From an uncultured Methylomirabilota bacterium (GTDB taxonomy: Bacteria; Methylomirabilota; Methylomirabilia; Methylomirabilales; 2-02-FULL-66-22), in the NCBI GenBank assembly GCA_963845565.1, contig CAWJSJ010000002.1:2336001-2400000 (forward strand): a DNA stretch of 64,000 nucleotides, in the 5' to 3' direction. Of this stretch, positions 13,149 to 22,371 are shown one piece after another; the first letter of the stretch is position 1, and every line of letters begins with the position of its first letter. Under the pieces are notes generated by a model. It ran no database searches, was not told the origin of the DNA, and worked only from the letters and a program-made list of their open reading frames with translations. A program made the position numbers and the translations under genes.

Positions 13149-13925
13149 ATGCGGGACCGAATCATCCTGAAGGCGCCCTGGGAACTGGAAATCCTGCGCA
13201 GGGCAAATCGGCTGGTCGCCGCGACCCTTCGGGAGTTGGCCAACCGGACGCTGCCCGGCGCCACCACTCTTGAGCTGGACCGCTTCGCCGAGACGTATCT
13301 CCGGGAACGGGGAGCGCAGCCGGCGTTCAAGGGGTATCGGGATTATCCGTTCACGCTCTGCGCCTCGATCAACGAGGCGGTGGTTCACGGGTTCCCGTCG
13401 ACCAGGCCCCTCCAGGAAGGGGATATTCTGAGCCTGGACATGGGTGCCGTGGTCGACGGATACTACGGCGACGCCGCGGTCACGCTGCCGATCGGACGAA
13501 TCTCCGCCGAGGCGGAGCGACTGCTCCGCGTGACGCAGGAATGTCTGGACCGGGCGGTGCGGGCTGCCCAACCGGGTGGGCGACTGGCCGAGATCTCGCG
13601 CGCCGTTCAAGAGCACGCCGAAGGGAACGGGTTCTCGGTGGTGCGGGTGTTCGTCGGGCACGGTATCGGGAAGGCGCTGCACGAGGCGCCGCAGATCCCG
13701 AACTTTGTGGAGGCCGGACAGGGGCGGGGTCCGGTGCTGAAGCCGGGGATGGTGCTGGCCATCGAGCCGATGATCAACGCGGGCGGTCCGGACGTGCGGG
13801 TGTTGGAGGACCGATGGACTGCGGTGACGACTGACGGCTCCCTGTCGGCCCACTTTGAGCATACGATCGCCATCACGGAGCAGGGGCCGGAGATTCTGAC
13901 GGTTCTGGACGGGCGCGGCGCCTGA
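13149..13925 (+). CDS. map: Type I methionine aminopeptidase
   Basis: GHGIG..LHE, AIEPM, SAHFEHT. Confidence 0.98.
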   Translation: MRDRIILKAPWELEILRRANRLVAATLRELANRTLPGATTLELDRFAETYLRERGAQPAFKGYRDYPFTLCASINEAVVHGFPSTRPLQEGDILSLDMGAVVDGYYGDAAVTLPIGRISAEAERLLRVTQECLDRAVRAAQPGGRLAEISRAVQEHAEGNGFSVVRVFVGHGIGKALHEAPQIPNFVEAGQGRGPVLKPGMVLAIEPMINAGGPDVRVLEDRWTAVTTDGSLSAHFEHTIAITEQGPEILTVLDGRGA

Positions 13926-13959
13926 CGCAGGCGCGGCCCATGCGAGGCACGCCGGGCTT

Positions 13960-14178
13960 ATGGCCAAAGAAGAGGCCATCGAAGTCGAGGGGACGGTGGT
14001 GGAGCCGCTCCCGAATGCCATGTTCCGGGTGGAACTGGAGACAGGACACAAGATCCTGGCCCATATTTCCGGCAAGATGCGGATGCATTTCATCCGGATC
14101 CTGCCGGGGGACAAGGTCACCGTGGAATTATCCCCCTACGACCTGACGCGGGGACGGATCATCTATCGCTTCAAGTGA
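13960..14178 (+). CDS. infA: Translation initiation factor IF-1
   Basis: [29 protein letters not shown]. Confidence 0.99.
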   Translation: MAKEEAIEVEGTVVEPLPNAMFRVELETGHKILAHISGKMRMHFIRILPGDKVTVELSPYDLTRGRIIYRFK

Positions 14179-14214
14179 CCCCGGGCTGGGGCAGGCCGGG
14201 AGACGGGTGCTCGG

Positions 14215-14328
14215 ATGAAGGTGCGGGCGTCGGTAAAGCCAATGTGCGAGAAGTGCAAGGTCATCAAGCGCAAGGGGGTCCTCCGCGTGGTCTGTGAGAA
14301 CCCCAAGCACAAGCAGCGCCAGGGCTAA
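14215..14328 (+). CDS. rpmJ: 50S ribosomal protein L36
   Basis: Read by hand (below the ORF-track cutoff): [37 protein letters not shown]. Confidence 0.98.
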   Translation: MKVRASVKPMCEKCKVIKRKGVLRVVCENPKHKQRQG

Positions 14329-14365
14329 GCTGTAAGGCGCCGTCGGCGCGCCAGGGAGGTTTGCG

Positions 14366-14764
14366 GTGGCGAGAATTGCGGGCGTGGATCTGCCGCGGGA
14401 GAAGCGGCTGGAGGTCGCCCTCACCTACATCTTCGGGATCGGCCGTTCTCTGTCGCGGAAGATCCTGACCGAAGCCGAGGTCAGTGCGGAGGTCCGAGTC
14501 AAGGACCTCACCGAGGACCAGGTCAACAAGGTGCGCCGAGTCATCGAGGGCGGGTACCGCGTGGAAGGCGACCTGAAGCGCCAGGTGGCCATGGACGTGA
14601 AACGACTGATGGACATCGGCTGTTATCGCGGGCTGCGGCATCGCCGTGGGCTTCCGGTCCGCGGGCAGCGGACCAGCACCAACGCCCGCACCCGGAAGGG
14701 GCCGAAGCGGACCGTCGGTGTGAAGCGATCGGCCAAGACGTCCCCGACCGGCAAGGGGGCCTAG
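14366..14764 (+). CDS. rpsM: 30S ribosomal protein S13
   Basis: [27 protein letters not shown]. Confidence 0.99.
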   Translation: MARIAGVDLPREKRLEVALTYIFGIGRSLSRKILTEAEVSAEVRVKDLTEDQVNKVRRVIEGGYRVEGDLKRQVAMDVKRLMDIGCYRGLRHRRGLPVRGQRTSTNARTRKGPKRTVGVKRSAKTSPTGKGA

Positions 14765-14840
14765 GCCGGCGGGAGCTCGCGGGCGACCGCCTTGAGGCAG
14801 GCCGCTGCGGCATCGGTGCGGGACGGATCCGGAGGAACGA

Positions 14841-15245
14841 ATGGCGACACCAGCGAGACGAACAGGCCCCGCGCGCCCCAGCAAGAAGGAGGGCAAGGGG
14901 GTCACCCACGGCATCGCCTGCATCCAGGCGACCTTCAACAATACCATCGTGACCATCACCGACGGGACGGGTAACGTGGTTACCTGGGCGAGCGCGGGCA
15001 GTGTGGGTTTCAAGGGTTCCCGCAAGAGCACGCCCTTCGCGGCCCAGATGGCGGCCGAGAACGCGGCCCAGAAGGCGATCGGGCAGGGGATGAAAGAGGT
15101 CAAGGTCTATGTGAAGGGGCCCGGGGCCGGCCGGGAAGCGGCCATCCGCTCCCTGCAGGCGGCGGGACTGGAGATCACGGCCATCAAGGACGTGACGCCG
15201 ATCCCGCACAACGGGTGCCGGCCGCGCAAGCGGCGGCGTGTTTAA
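14841..15245 (+). CDS. rpsK: 30S ribosomal protein S11
   Basis: [23 protein letters not shown]. Confidence 0.99.
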   Translation: MATPARRTGPARPSKKEGKGVTHGIACIQATFNNTIVTITDGTGNVVTWASAGSVGFKGSRKSTPFAAQMAAENAAQKAIGQGMKEVKVYVKGPGAGREAAIRSLQAAGLEITAIKDVTPIPHNGCRPRKRRRV

Positions 15246-15260
15246 GAAGGAGTAGCGTCC

Positions 15261-15887
15261 GTGGCCCGATACACGAATCCGGTCTGCAAGCTGTGCCGAC
15301 GCGAAGGGGGCAAGCTGTTCCTGAAGGGCGATCGGTGCTTTACGGTCAAGTGCGCCGTCGAGAAGCGGAATTTTCCGCCCGGCCAGCACGGCCAGCGCCG
15401 CTCCAAGCCGTCCGAGTACGGCCTCCAGCTTCGCGAGAAGCAGAAGATGAAACGGATCTACGGCGTTCTCGAGACCCAGTTCCGAAACTATTTCGAGATG
15501 GCCGAGCGGCAGAAGGGGATCACCGGTGAGAACCTGGTCCGCCTCCTGGAGCAACGCTTGGACAACATCCTGCACCGCGTGGGGTTCGCGGCCTCGCGAG
15601 CCCAGGCGCGGGTGCTCGTGCGGCACGGACACTTCCGGGTGAACGGCCGGCGGGTGACCATCCCCTCGGTTCTCCTGCGGGCCGGCGACGTGGTCGAGGT
15701 CCAGCCGAAGAGCCGCGAGCTGGTCGAGATCGGCGCCGCACTGGAGGGGGCGAAAAAGCGTCGGGTGCCCGCCTGGCTGGAGTTGGACGCCGCCAATTTC
15801 AAGGGCACGGTGCGGACGCTGCCCAGCAAGGAAGAGATGGCCATCCCGGTTCAGGAGCAACTGGTGGTTGCCCTGTATTCGAAGTAG
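15261..15887 (+). CDS. rpsD: 30S ribosomal protein S4
   Basis: [27 protein letters not shown]. Confidence 0.99.
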   Translation: MARYTNPVCKLCRREGGKLFLKGDRCFTVKCAVEKRNFPPGQHGQRRSKPSEYGLQLREKQKMKRIYGVLETQFRNYFEMAERQKGITGENLVRLLEQRLDNILHRVGFAASRAQARVLVRHGHFRVNGRRVTIPSVLLRAGDVVEVQPKSRELVEIGAALEGAKKRRVPAWLELDAANFKGTVRTLPSKEEMAIPVQEQLVVALYSK

Positions 15888-15908
15888 GCGGCGAGGGAGA
15901 GGCTGAGC

Positions 15909-16913
15909 ATGCAGAAGTTCAAGGGATTCCAGAAGCCAAAGCGGCTGGAGTGCGAGCTGGAGACCCTCACCAGCACGTACGGGAAGTTTTTTGCGGAGCC
16001 GCTGGAACGCGGCTTCGGATTGACGCTGGGGAATTCGCTCCGACGGGTGCTCCTCTCGGCCATCGAAGGGGCGGCCGTGACCTCCGTCCGGATCGCCGGT
16101 GTCCTGCACGAATTCTCCACGATCCCGGGGGTCCGGGAGGACGTCACCGACGTCATCTTGAACCTGAAGCAGTTGCGTCTGAAGCTCTCCTCGGACGGGC
16201 CGAAGACCCTGACGCTGAAAGCGGCGGGAGAGGGCGAGGTGCGTGCCGCTCAGATCACGCCCGACGCCGACGTGGAGATCTTGACGCCCGACCTGTATCT
16301 CTGCAGTCTCGACAAGGACGGGCGGTTGGACGTGGAGTTGGAGATCCGACACGGTCGAGGTTACGTCCCGGCGGATCGGAACAAGCGGGAGGGGATGCCG
16401 GTGGACGTCATCCCCATCGACGCCATTTTCTCCCCGGTGCGGAAAGTCAACTTCCAGGTCGAGGATACACGCGTCGGTCAGGCGACGGACTACAACAAAT
16501 TGATCGTTGAGGTCTGGACCGACGGATCGGTGCTCCCGCAGGACGCCGTGGCCTACGCCGCCAAGATCCTCAAGGACCATTTGGCCATCTTCATCAACTT
16601 CGAGGAAGAGCCGGAAGGGGAAGAAGAGGCGGTGGACGAGGCCCGGGACCGGATGGTTGAGAACCTGAGCCGTCCGGTGGACGAATTGGAGTTGTCGGTC
16701 CGGTCGGCCAACTGTCTGAAAAATTCCAATATTCGCTTTATCTTCGAACTGGTGGAAAAGACCGAGGCCGAGATGCTCAAGACGAAGAATTTCGGCCGGA
16801 AGTCGCTGAACGAGATCAAGGAAATCCTGGCGACGATGGGGCTGAGCCTGGGGATGAAGTTGGAAGGCCTGCCCGTGGGCGAGGCCGCCAGGCGGAAGGC
16901 GGCCAAGGGCTAG
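15909..16913 (+). CDS. rpoA: RNA polymerase subunit alpha
   Basis: [42 protein letters not shown]. Confidence 0.99.
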   Translation: MQKFKGFQKPKRLECELETLTSTYGKFFAEPLERGFGLTLGNSLRRVLLSAIEGAAVTSVRIAGVLHEFSTIPGVREDVTDVILNLKQLRLKLSSDGPKTLTLKAAGEGEVRAAQITPDADVEILTPDLYLCSLDKDGRLDVELEIRHGRGYVPADRNKREGMPVDVIPIDAIFSPVRKVNFQVEDTRVGQATDYNKLIVEVWTDGSVLPQDAVAYAAKILKDHLAIFINFEEEPEGEEEAVDEARDRMVENLSRPVDELELSVRSANCLKNSNIRFIFELVEKTEAEMLKTKNFGRKSLNEIKEILATMGLSLGMKLEGLPVGEAARRKAAKG

Positions 16914-16953
16914 GGGCGACCCCATCCGGCGCACCCTGGGGAGACCAACGGCA

Positions 16954-17469
16954 ATGCGGCACAGGCAAGCGGGACGAAAACTCGGTCGGACCATGGCGCA
17001 TCGCGAAATGATGATGCGCAATCTGGTGACCTCCTTGGTTCTCTACGAGAAGATCATCACCACAGCGGCCAAGGCCAAGGATTTGCGTGGCGTCGCGGAG
17101 AAGATGGTCACGCTCGCCAAGCGCGAGGATCTCCACGCCCGACGGCAGGCCGCAGAGGTGCTGACCGATGACAAGGCGCTGAAGAAACTTTTCGAGACCA
17201 TCGGGGCGCGCTTCCGCGAGCGGGACGGCGGGTATACGCGGATCACCAAGCTCGATTATCGGATGGGCGACGGGGCCCCGCTGGCGGCCATCGAGTTCCT
17301 GGGGGCGGAACCGGCGGAGCCACCCAAGACAAAAACGAAGGCAAAGGCGAGTACCGCGGACAAGAGTGAGGACGACACGGCCACCCGGGCGCGGCGGCGC
17401 CGGCGGCGGCGCGGAAAGCGCGGCGGCGCGGCGGCAGAGACGGCTTCCCCATCCGGCTCCGAAGCCTGA
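16954..17469 (+). CDS. rplQ: 50S ribosomal protein L17 with long C-terminal tail
   Basis: [25 protein letters not shown]. Confidence 0.98.
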   Translation: MRHRQAGRKLGRTMAHREMMMRNLVTSLVLYEKIITTAAKAKDLRGVAEKMVTLAKREDLHARRQAAEVLTDDKALKKLFETIGARFRERDGGYTRITKLDYRMGDGAPLAAIEFLGAEPAEPPKTKTKAKASTADKSEDDTATRARRRRRRRGKRGGAAAETASPSGSEA

Positions 17470-17504
17470 GCGGTCGGCTTCGCCAAGAAGGATACGGATC
17501 TCGT

Positions 17505-17545
17505 GCGCCCTTCCGCGTCACCCTGCGGGAGGGCGCTTTGCGTTT
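17505..17545 (+). terminator. Likely intrinsic terminator of the alpha operon
   Basis: GCGCCCTTCCGC/GCGGGAGGGCGC stem followed by TTTGCGTTT. Confidence 0.65.
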
Positions 17546-17563
17546 CTGCCCGGGAGGCGGATG

Positions 17564-17638
17564 ATGGAGCTCCCGCTCAAATACGGATCGACCACGCAGT
17601 GGCTCCGGCTGGCACCGGATATCCGGCCGCGGTGCTGA
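17564..17638 (+). CDS. Possible 24-aa small ORF or leader peptide
   Basis: GGGAGG SD 6 nt before the ATG; MELPLKYGSTTQWLRLAPDIRPRC; followed by a terminator-like hairpin. Confidence 0.35.
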   Translation: MELPLKYGSTTQWLRLAPDIRPRC

Positions 17639-17670
17639 CCCCGCGGCGGCGGGCCGCGGCGTTTTTTCTT
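17626..17670 (+). terminator. Terminator-like hairpin upstream of the EF-G paralogue
   Basis: GCCGCGG...CCGCGGC stem followed by GTTTTTTCTT. Confidence 0.55.
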
Positions 17671-17788
17671 GCGCCTGCCGAGGCGGGTGTGTTAGGAAAC
17701 CGAGGCTGGTCCGGCCTGTCCGGGATGCCGACCCGGCCCTGCCGGGCCGAGCACGCAGCTGACCCCATCTGGAATCGCGAGGGAGACC

Positions 17789-19879
17789 ATGAAGCGAACG
17801 GAGACGGCCAAGATCCGAAACATCGCCCTGGTGGCCCATGGCACCGCGGGCAAGACGACACTGACGGAAGCCCTCCTGTTTTGCGCCGGTGCCACGACAC
17901 GGTTGGGGCGGGTGGATGACGGCACCACGACGACCGACTTCGACGAGGATGAGATCCGTCGTAAGATCAGCATCAGCACCGCCCTGGCCTGGGCCGAATG
18001 GAAGGGGCACAAGCTGAACCTGGTGGACACTCCGGGTTTCGCCGCGTTCCTGACCGACGCCCGCAACGCCCTCCGAGTGGTGGACGGGGCGGTGGTGGTG
18101 GTGGGCGCCACGGACGGCGTGAAGGTCCAGACGGAAAAGATCTGGAGCGCCGCCGCGTCGCTGGAGCTTCCGCGCGCCGTCTATCTCTCCAAGATGGACC
18201 GGGAGCGGGCGGACTTCGCGCGCGCCGTGGAGGACGTGCGCAAGAATCTGTCGGCCAGCGCGATCCCGGTGCAGGTGCCCATCGGCAAGGAGGCGGGGTT
18301 CGTCGGGGTGGTGGACCTGATCCGCATGCGCGCCCTGCGCTTCACGCCGGATGGTAACGGAAAGCCGACGGAGGAAGATGTCCCGGCGACCGTACGGGAG
18401 CTGGCGGTGGGCCAGCGGGCGGCCCTGGTCGAGGCGGTGGCGGAGGCGGACGACCGGTTGCTGGAAAAATACCTGGAGAGCGGCGAACTCAGCGAAAACG
18501 AGGTGCGCGAAGGCCTCATCCGGGGGATCCGGGAGCAAAAGCTCTTCCCCATCCTGTGCGGGGCGCCGGCCCGGAACATCGGCGTGACGCCACTCCTGGA
18601 CCTCCTGGTCGAGGCGTTCCCGTCCCCCCTGGATCGCCCGCCGACGACCGGGACGGATGCCAAGGGGAACGCGGTCCGGTGCGAGGCCAAGGACGGCGGA
18701 CCCTTGACGGCCCTGGTCTTCAAGACCATCGCCGACCCCTTCGCGGGCAAGGTCACCATGTTCCGGATCTACTCCGGTACCATGACGTCCGACTCGTCGG
18801 TCCTGAACGTGGGCAAGGGGGCCAAGGAGCGAATCGGGCAACTCCTGCTCCTCCGGGGCAAGCAGCAGACGACGACGGAGGCCTTGGGGGCCGGAGATCT
18901 CGGAGCGGTGGTGAAGCTCAAGGAGACGGGCACCGGTGATACGCTCTGCGATGAGAAGGCACCGGTGCGCCTGCCGGAGATCACCTTCCCCGCTCCCGTG
19001 ATCTCGTTCGCGGTGGAACCGAAGGCGAAGGGTGACGAGGATAAGATGAGCATCGCCTTCACCCGGCTACGCGAGGAGGACCCGACGATCCAGATCCGTT
19101 ATGACCCTCAGACCAAGGAGACGGTGGTCTCAGGCATGGGGCGGGCGCACGTCGAGATCGTGGCAGAGCGCCTGAAGCGGAAGTTCGGCGTGGAGGTGAT
19201 GCTCAAGACGCCGCGGGTGCCCTACAAGGAGACGATCAAAGCCCGGGTGCGCGAGGTGCAGGGGCGCCACAAGAAGCAGACGGGGGGGCGTGGTCAGTTC
19301 GGGGACTGCTGGATCCACATGGAGCCGATGCCTCGGGGCGGCGGCTTCGAGTTTTCCAATCAGATCGTGGGCGGTTCCATCCCGCGGAACTTTATCCCCG
19401 CGGTGGAAAAGGGGGTCGTGGAGGCCATGGAACGAGGCGCCGTGGCGGGCTACCAGGTGGTGGACCTCAAGGTCGTCCTGTACGACGGTTCCAGCCACTC
19501 CGTGGATTCCTCGGAAATGGCCTTCAAGCTGGCGGGGCGCCTGGCGTTCCGGAAGGCCATGACGCAGGCCAAGCCCACCCTCCTCGAGCCCATCATGACC
19601 GTGGAAGTGACGGCCCCCAGCGAGTGCATGGGGGACATCGTGGGCGACCTGAACAGCAAGCGCGGCCGCGTCCTGGGCATCGATGCCAAGGGCCGCAATC
19701 AGGCGGTGAAGGCCAGCGTCCCGTTGTCGGAGATGCTGGAGTTCGATCCGCGACTGCGGTCCATCACCGGCGATCGGGGTGACTATAGCATGGAGTTTTC
19801 CCACTACGAAGAGGTGCCGGCACATATCCAGGAGAAGATCGTGGCCGAATCGAAGCCGGTGGAGGAGGAAGAGGAGTAA
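17789..19879 (+). CDS. fusA2: Elongation factor G paralogue (EF-G2 type)
   Basis: IRNIALVAH.GKTT, DTPGF, HKKQTGGRGQFGD, DSSEMAF, LLEPIM; switch I RKISI instead of RGITI. Confidence 0.93.
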   Translation: MKRTETAKIRNIALVAHGTAGKTTLTEALLFCAGATTRLGRVDDGTTTTDFDEDEIRRKISISTALAWAEWKGHKLNLVDTPGFAAFLTDARNALRVVDGAVVVVGATDGVKVQTEKIWSAAASLELPRAVYLSKMDRERADFARAVEDVRKNLSASAIPVQVPIGKEAGFVGVVDLIRMRALRFTPDGNGKPTEEDVPATVRELAVGQRAALVEAVAEADDRLLEKYLESGELSENEVREGLIRGIREQKLFPILCGAPARNIGVTPLLDLLVEAFPSPLDRPPTTGTDAKGNAVRCEAKDGGPLTALVFKTIADPFAGKVTMFRIYSGTMTSDSSVLNVGKGAKERIGQLLLLRGKQQTTTEALGAGDLGAVVKLKETGTGDTLCDEKAPVRLPEITFPAPVISFAVEPKAKGDEDKMSIAFTRLREEDPTIQIRYDPQTKETVVSGMGRAHVEIVAERLKRKFGVEVMLKTPRVPYKETIKARVREVQGRHKKQTGGRGQFGDCWIHMEPMPRGGGFEFSNQIVGGSIPRNFIPAVEKGVVEAMERGAVAGYQVVDLKVVLYDGSSHSVDSSEMAFKLAGRLAFRKAMTQAKPTLLEPIMTVEVTAPSECMGDIVGDLNSKRGRVLGIDAKGRNQAVKASVPLSEMLEFDPRLRSITGDRGDYSMEFSHYEEVPAHIQEKIVAESKPVEEEEE

Positions 19880-19903
19880 GCGACCCCCAGGTGTATTTTC
19901 TCC

Positions 19904-19933
19904 TTGCGCCGCCTCGGCGTGCCGTGGTACTTT
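19904..19933 (+). promoter_or_regulatory. Putative sigma70-type promoter of the rimP operon
   Basis: TTGCGC-18 nt-TACTTT with extended -10 TG. Confidence 0.45.
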
Positions 19934-19943
19934 CGGACACCAG

Positions 19944-19974
19944 AGAGTGGGCGCCCCGCCCACTCTTTGTTTTT
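19944..19974 (+). promoter_or_regulatory. rimP leader attenuator-like hairpin
   Basis: AGAGTGGGCG-ccc-CGCCCACTCT followed by TTGTTTTT just upstream of rimP, as in the GGGC/GCCC leader known for rimP-nusA-infB operons. Confidence 0.7.
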
Positions 19975-19995
19975 CGGGGGCTGACAGGACACGGT

Positions 19996-20490
19996 ATGGC
20001 ACGGCCGAAAAATCCCGGGAGCTCGCCGCAGGCCGCGGAGGTTGAGACGCGTTTCCGGGCGCTGGCGGAACCGATTCTGACCGACCGCGGGTTGGAATTG
20101 GTCGACGCCGAGTTCCGTCGGGAACCGCAGGGCTGGGTCCTTCGTCTGTACATGGACAAGCCGGGCGGCGTGACGCTGGATGACTGCCAGCGGGTGAGCG
20201 AGGAGTTGGGCGACCATCTGGATGTCGAGGACTTCATCGGGCTTTCCTACCATCTCGAGGTGTCCTCTCCAGGGCTGGATCGGCCGCTGACCCGGGATCA
20301 GGATTTCGAGCGGTTCGTGGGGCAGGAGGCTCGAATCGCGACCCGGGAAGATTTCGAGGGCCGGCACAACTTCCGCGGCCGCCTGGCGGGACTGCAGGAC
20401 GGCGCGGTGTTGCTGGATCTCCCCGGCGGCCAGCGCGTGGCCATTCCCCGCCAGTTGATTCATCGCGCCAGGCTCCAGCCGGAGCTGTAA
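19996..20490 (+). CDS. rimP: Ribosome maturation factor RimP
   Basis: GVTLDDCQRVS, YHLEVSSPGLDRPL. Confidence 0.97.
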   Translation: MARPKNPGSSPQAAEVETRFRALAEPILTDRGLELVDAEFRREPQGWVLRLYMDKPGGVTLDDCQRVSEELGDHLDVEDFIGLSYHLEVSSPGLDRPLTRDQDFERFVGQEARIATREDFEGRHNFRGRLAGLQDGAVLLDLPGGQRVAIPRQLIHRARLQPEL

Positions 20491-20598
20491 GGCGGTCTTG
20501 GCGCTCCAGGCACGAGACGTGTCGGACGGCGCGGCGCGAGGGGGGTCGTTCGGGCCGGTGCGGCCCGTACCGTTCGGGGTCTACACGGGAGGCATGGC

Positions 20599-22002
20599 AT
20601 GGACCTGATGCAGGTCATCGATCAAATCGGTCGCGAGAAGGGCATCGAGAAGGGGATCCTCATCGATGCGGTGGGGGCCGCGATCCTTTCCGCGTCCCGC
20701 AAGAGTCTGCCAGTGGCGCAGGCGGCGCTGGATCTCCGGGTGGATTTCGACGGCAAGACCAGCCAATTCATGCTGTACGCCGTCCGGAAAGTCGTCGAGA
20801 CACCGCTCAACGTGAAGGTCGAGATCAGTCTGGAGGAGGCGCAGCAGATCAACCCGGGCGCACATCTGGGAGACGAGGTGAAGACCCCCGTGCCGGTGCC
20901 GGCCCAGAGCTTCGGCCGCATCGCCGCCCAGACCGCCAAGCAGGTCATTATCCAGCGGGTGCGGGAAGCCGAGCGAGACTCCGTGTTCCAGACTTTCAAG
21001 GAAAAGGAAGGCGAGCTGCTCCACGGCGTCGTGCAGCGCGTCATCAAGGGCAACGTGATCCTGAACATCGGCAAGGCCGAGGCGATTCTCCCCGTGCGCG
21101 AGCAGCTTCCCCGAGAAGAGTTCCGGGTGGGAGACCGGGTCCGGGCCTTCATCCTGGACGTGAAGAAGACCTCCAAGGGGTCCCAGATCGTCGTGTCCCG
21201 CACGCACCCCGGGTTCCTCAAGCGGTTGTTCGACTTGGAAGTTCCGGAGATCTACGAGGGGATCGTGGAGGTGAAGGTCGCGGCGCGCGAGGCCGGCGAA
21301 CGGGCCAAGATCGCCGTCGTCTCCAAGGACAGCAACGTGGACCCGGTCGGGGCCTGTGTGGGGTACCGGGGGGCTCGCGTCCAGGCCATCGTGCGGGAGC
21401 TCATGGGGGAAAAAATCGACATCGTCCCGTGGCGGGAGGACCCGGCCGCCTTCGTGAAGGCAGCCCTGGCGCCGGCCGACGTGCAGCATGTGACCGCGGA
21501 TTCCGAGACCCGGACGCTCAAAGTGATGGTCGCGGACGACCAGCTCTCGCTGGCCATCGGCAAGCGGGGGCAGAACGCCCGCCTGGCGGCGAAGCTGGTG
21601 GGCTGGAAGGTGGACATCAAGAGCGCGACCGAGTTGCAGCGGGAAGCCGGGGCAACCCTGAGCGGGCTGATGGGTGGCGACGCCCGCAGGGAGGCCGGCC
21701 CGCCGCCGCCGGACCCGGAGGCCGCGCTGGCGCAGTTCGTGTCCTTGCCGGGGGTGGGGGAGAAGCTGGCCGGGCGTTTGGTGGCAGCCGGCTATTTCAG
21801 CCTCGCCACGCTGGCCGAGGCCGAGGTTGAGGCGCTCCAGGAGATCGAGGGCATCGGGCCGAAGAGCGCCGAGCGGATCCTGCAGGTGGCGCGCGACGCG
21901 GTCAGCCGCCAGACCGGAGCCCCCGCGGGGGGGGAACCCGAGACCCCCGCTGTCGGGGAAGAGGTCGCCGACGCGGCAGCCCCGGCCGCCGAGGCGGTCT
22001 AG
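20599..22002 (+). CDS. nusA: Transcription termination factor NusA with C-terminal HhH repeats
   Basis: FGRIAAQTAKQVI, DPVGACVG, AIGKRGQNARLA; LPGVG/IEGIGPK HhH motifs. Confidence 0.98.
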   Translation: MDLMQVIDQIGREKGIEKGILIDAVGAAILSASRKSLPVAQAALDLRVDFDGKTSQFMLYAVRKVVETPLNVKVEISLEEAQQINPGAHLGDEVKTPVPVPAQSFGRIAAQTAKQVIIQRVREAERDSVFQTFKEKEGELLHGVVQRVIKGNVILNIGKAEAILPVREQLPREEFRVGDRVRAFILDVKKTSKGSQIVVSRTHPGFLKRLFDLEVPEIYEGIVEVKVAAREAGERAKIAVVSKDSNVDPVGACVGYRGARVQAIVRELMGEKIDIVPWREDPAAFVKAALAPADVQHVTADSETRTLKVMVADDQLSLAIGKRGQNARLAAKLVGWKVDIKSATELQREAGATLSGLMGGDARREAGPPPPDPEAALAQFVSLPGVGEKLAGRLVAAGYFSLATLAEAEVEALQEIEGIGPKSAERILQVARDAVSRQTGAPAGGEPETPAVGEEVADAAAPAAEAV

Positions 22003-22009
22003 CGCGGTG

Positions 22010-22327
22010 GTGGCGTCCAGACCGGGCGGCGGTCCCCAGCGGACCTGTGTGGGTTGCCGGACCGTACGCGCCCAAGGACGCCTGGTCCGGATCGCGCTGG
22101 ATGCGTGCGGCGGACTGGCGGTGAATCCGCGGCGGGTCACGGGACGGAGCGCCTATCTGTGCCCGTCCCCCACCTGTCTGGAGCAGGCACTGCGCCGAAG
22201 CGCGCTGCCGCGCGCGCTTCGCGTCCAGGTGCCGAGGTTGGACGTGGCGATGCTCCGCCAGTTGGTCCGGTGCGCAGCCGCCGACGTGTGCGATACGCCC
22301 GTGGAGAGTTCTGGAGTGTCACACTGA
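22010..22327 (+). CDS. ylxR: YlxR/RnpM (DUF448) RNA-binding protein
   Basis: [25 protein letters not shown]; between nusA and infB; start uncertain (GTG 22007 or 22010). Confidence 0.88.
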   Translation: MASRPGGGPQRTCVGCRTVRAQGRLVRIALDACGGLAVNPRRVTGRSAYLCPSPTCLEQALRRSALPRALRVQVPRLDVAMLRQLVRCAAADVCDTPVESSGVSH

Positions 22328-22371
22328 ACCGCTTTCCTTGCGCGGTCGCGGGAAAGCCGGAGGATGTCAGC

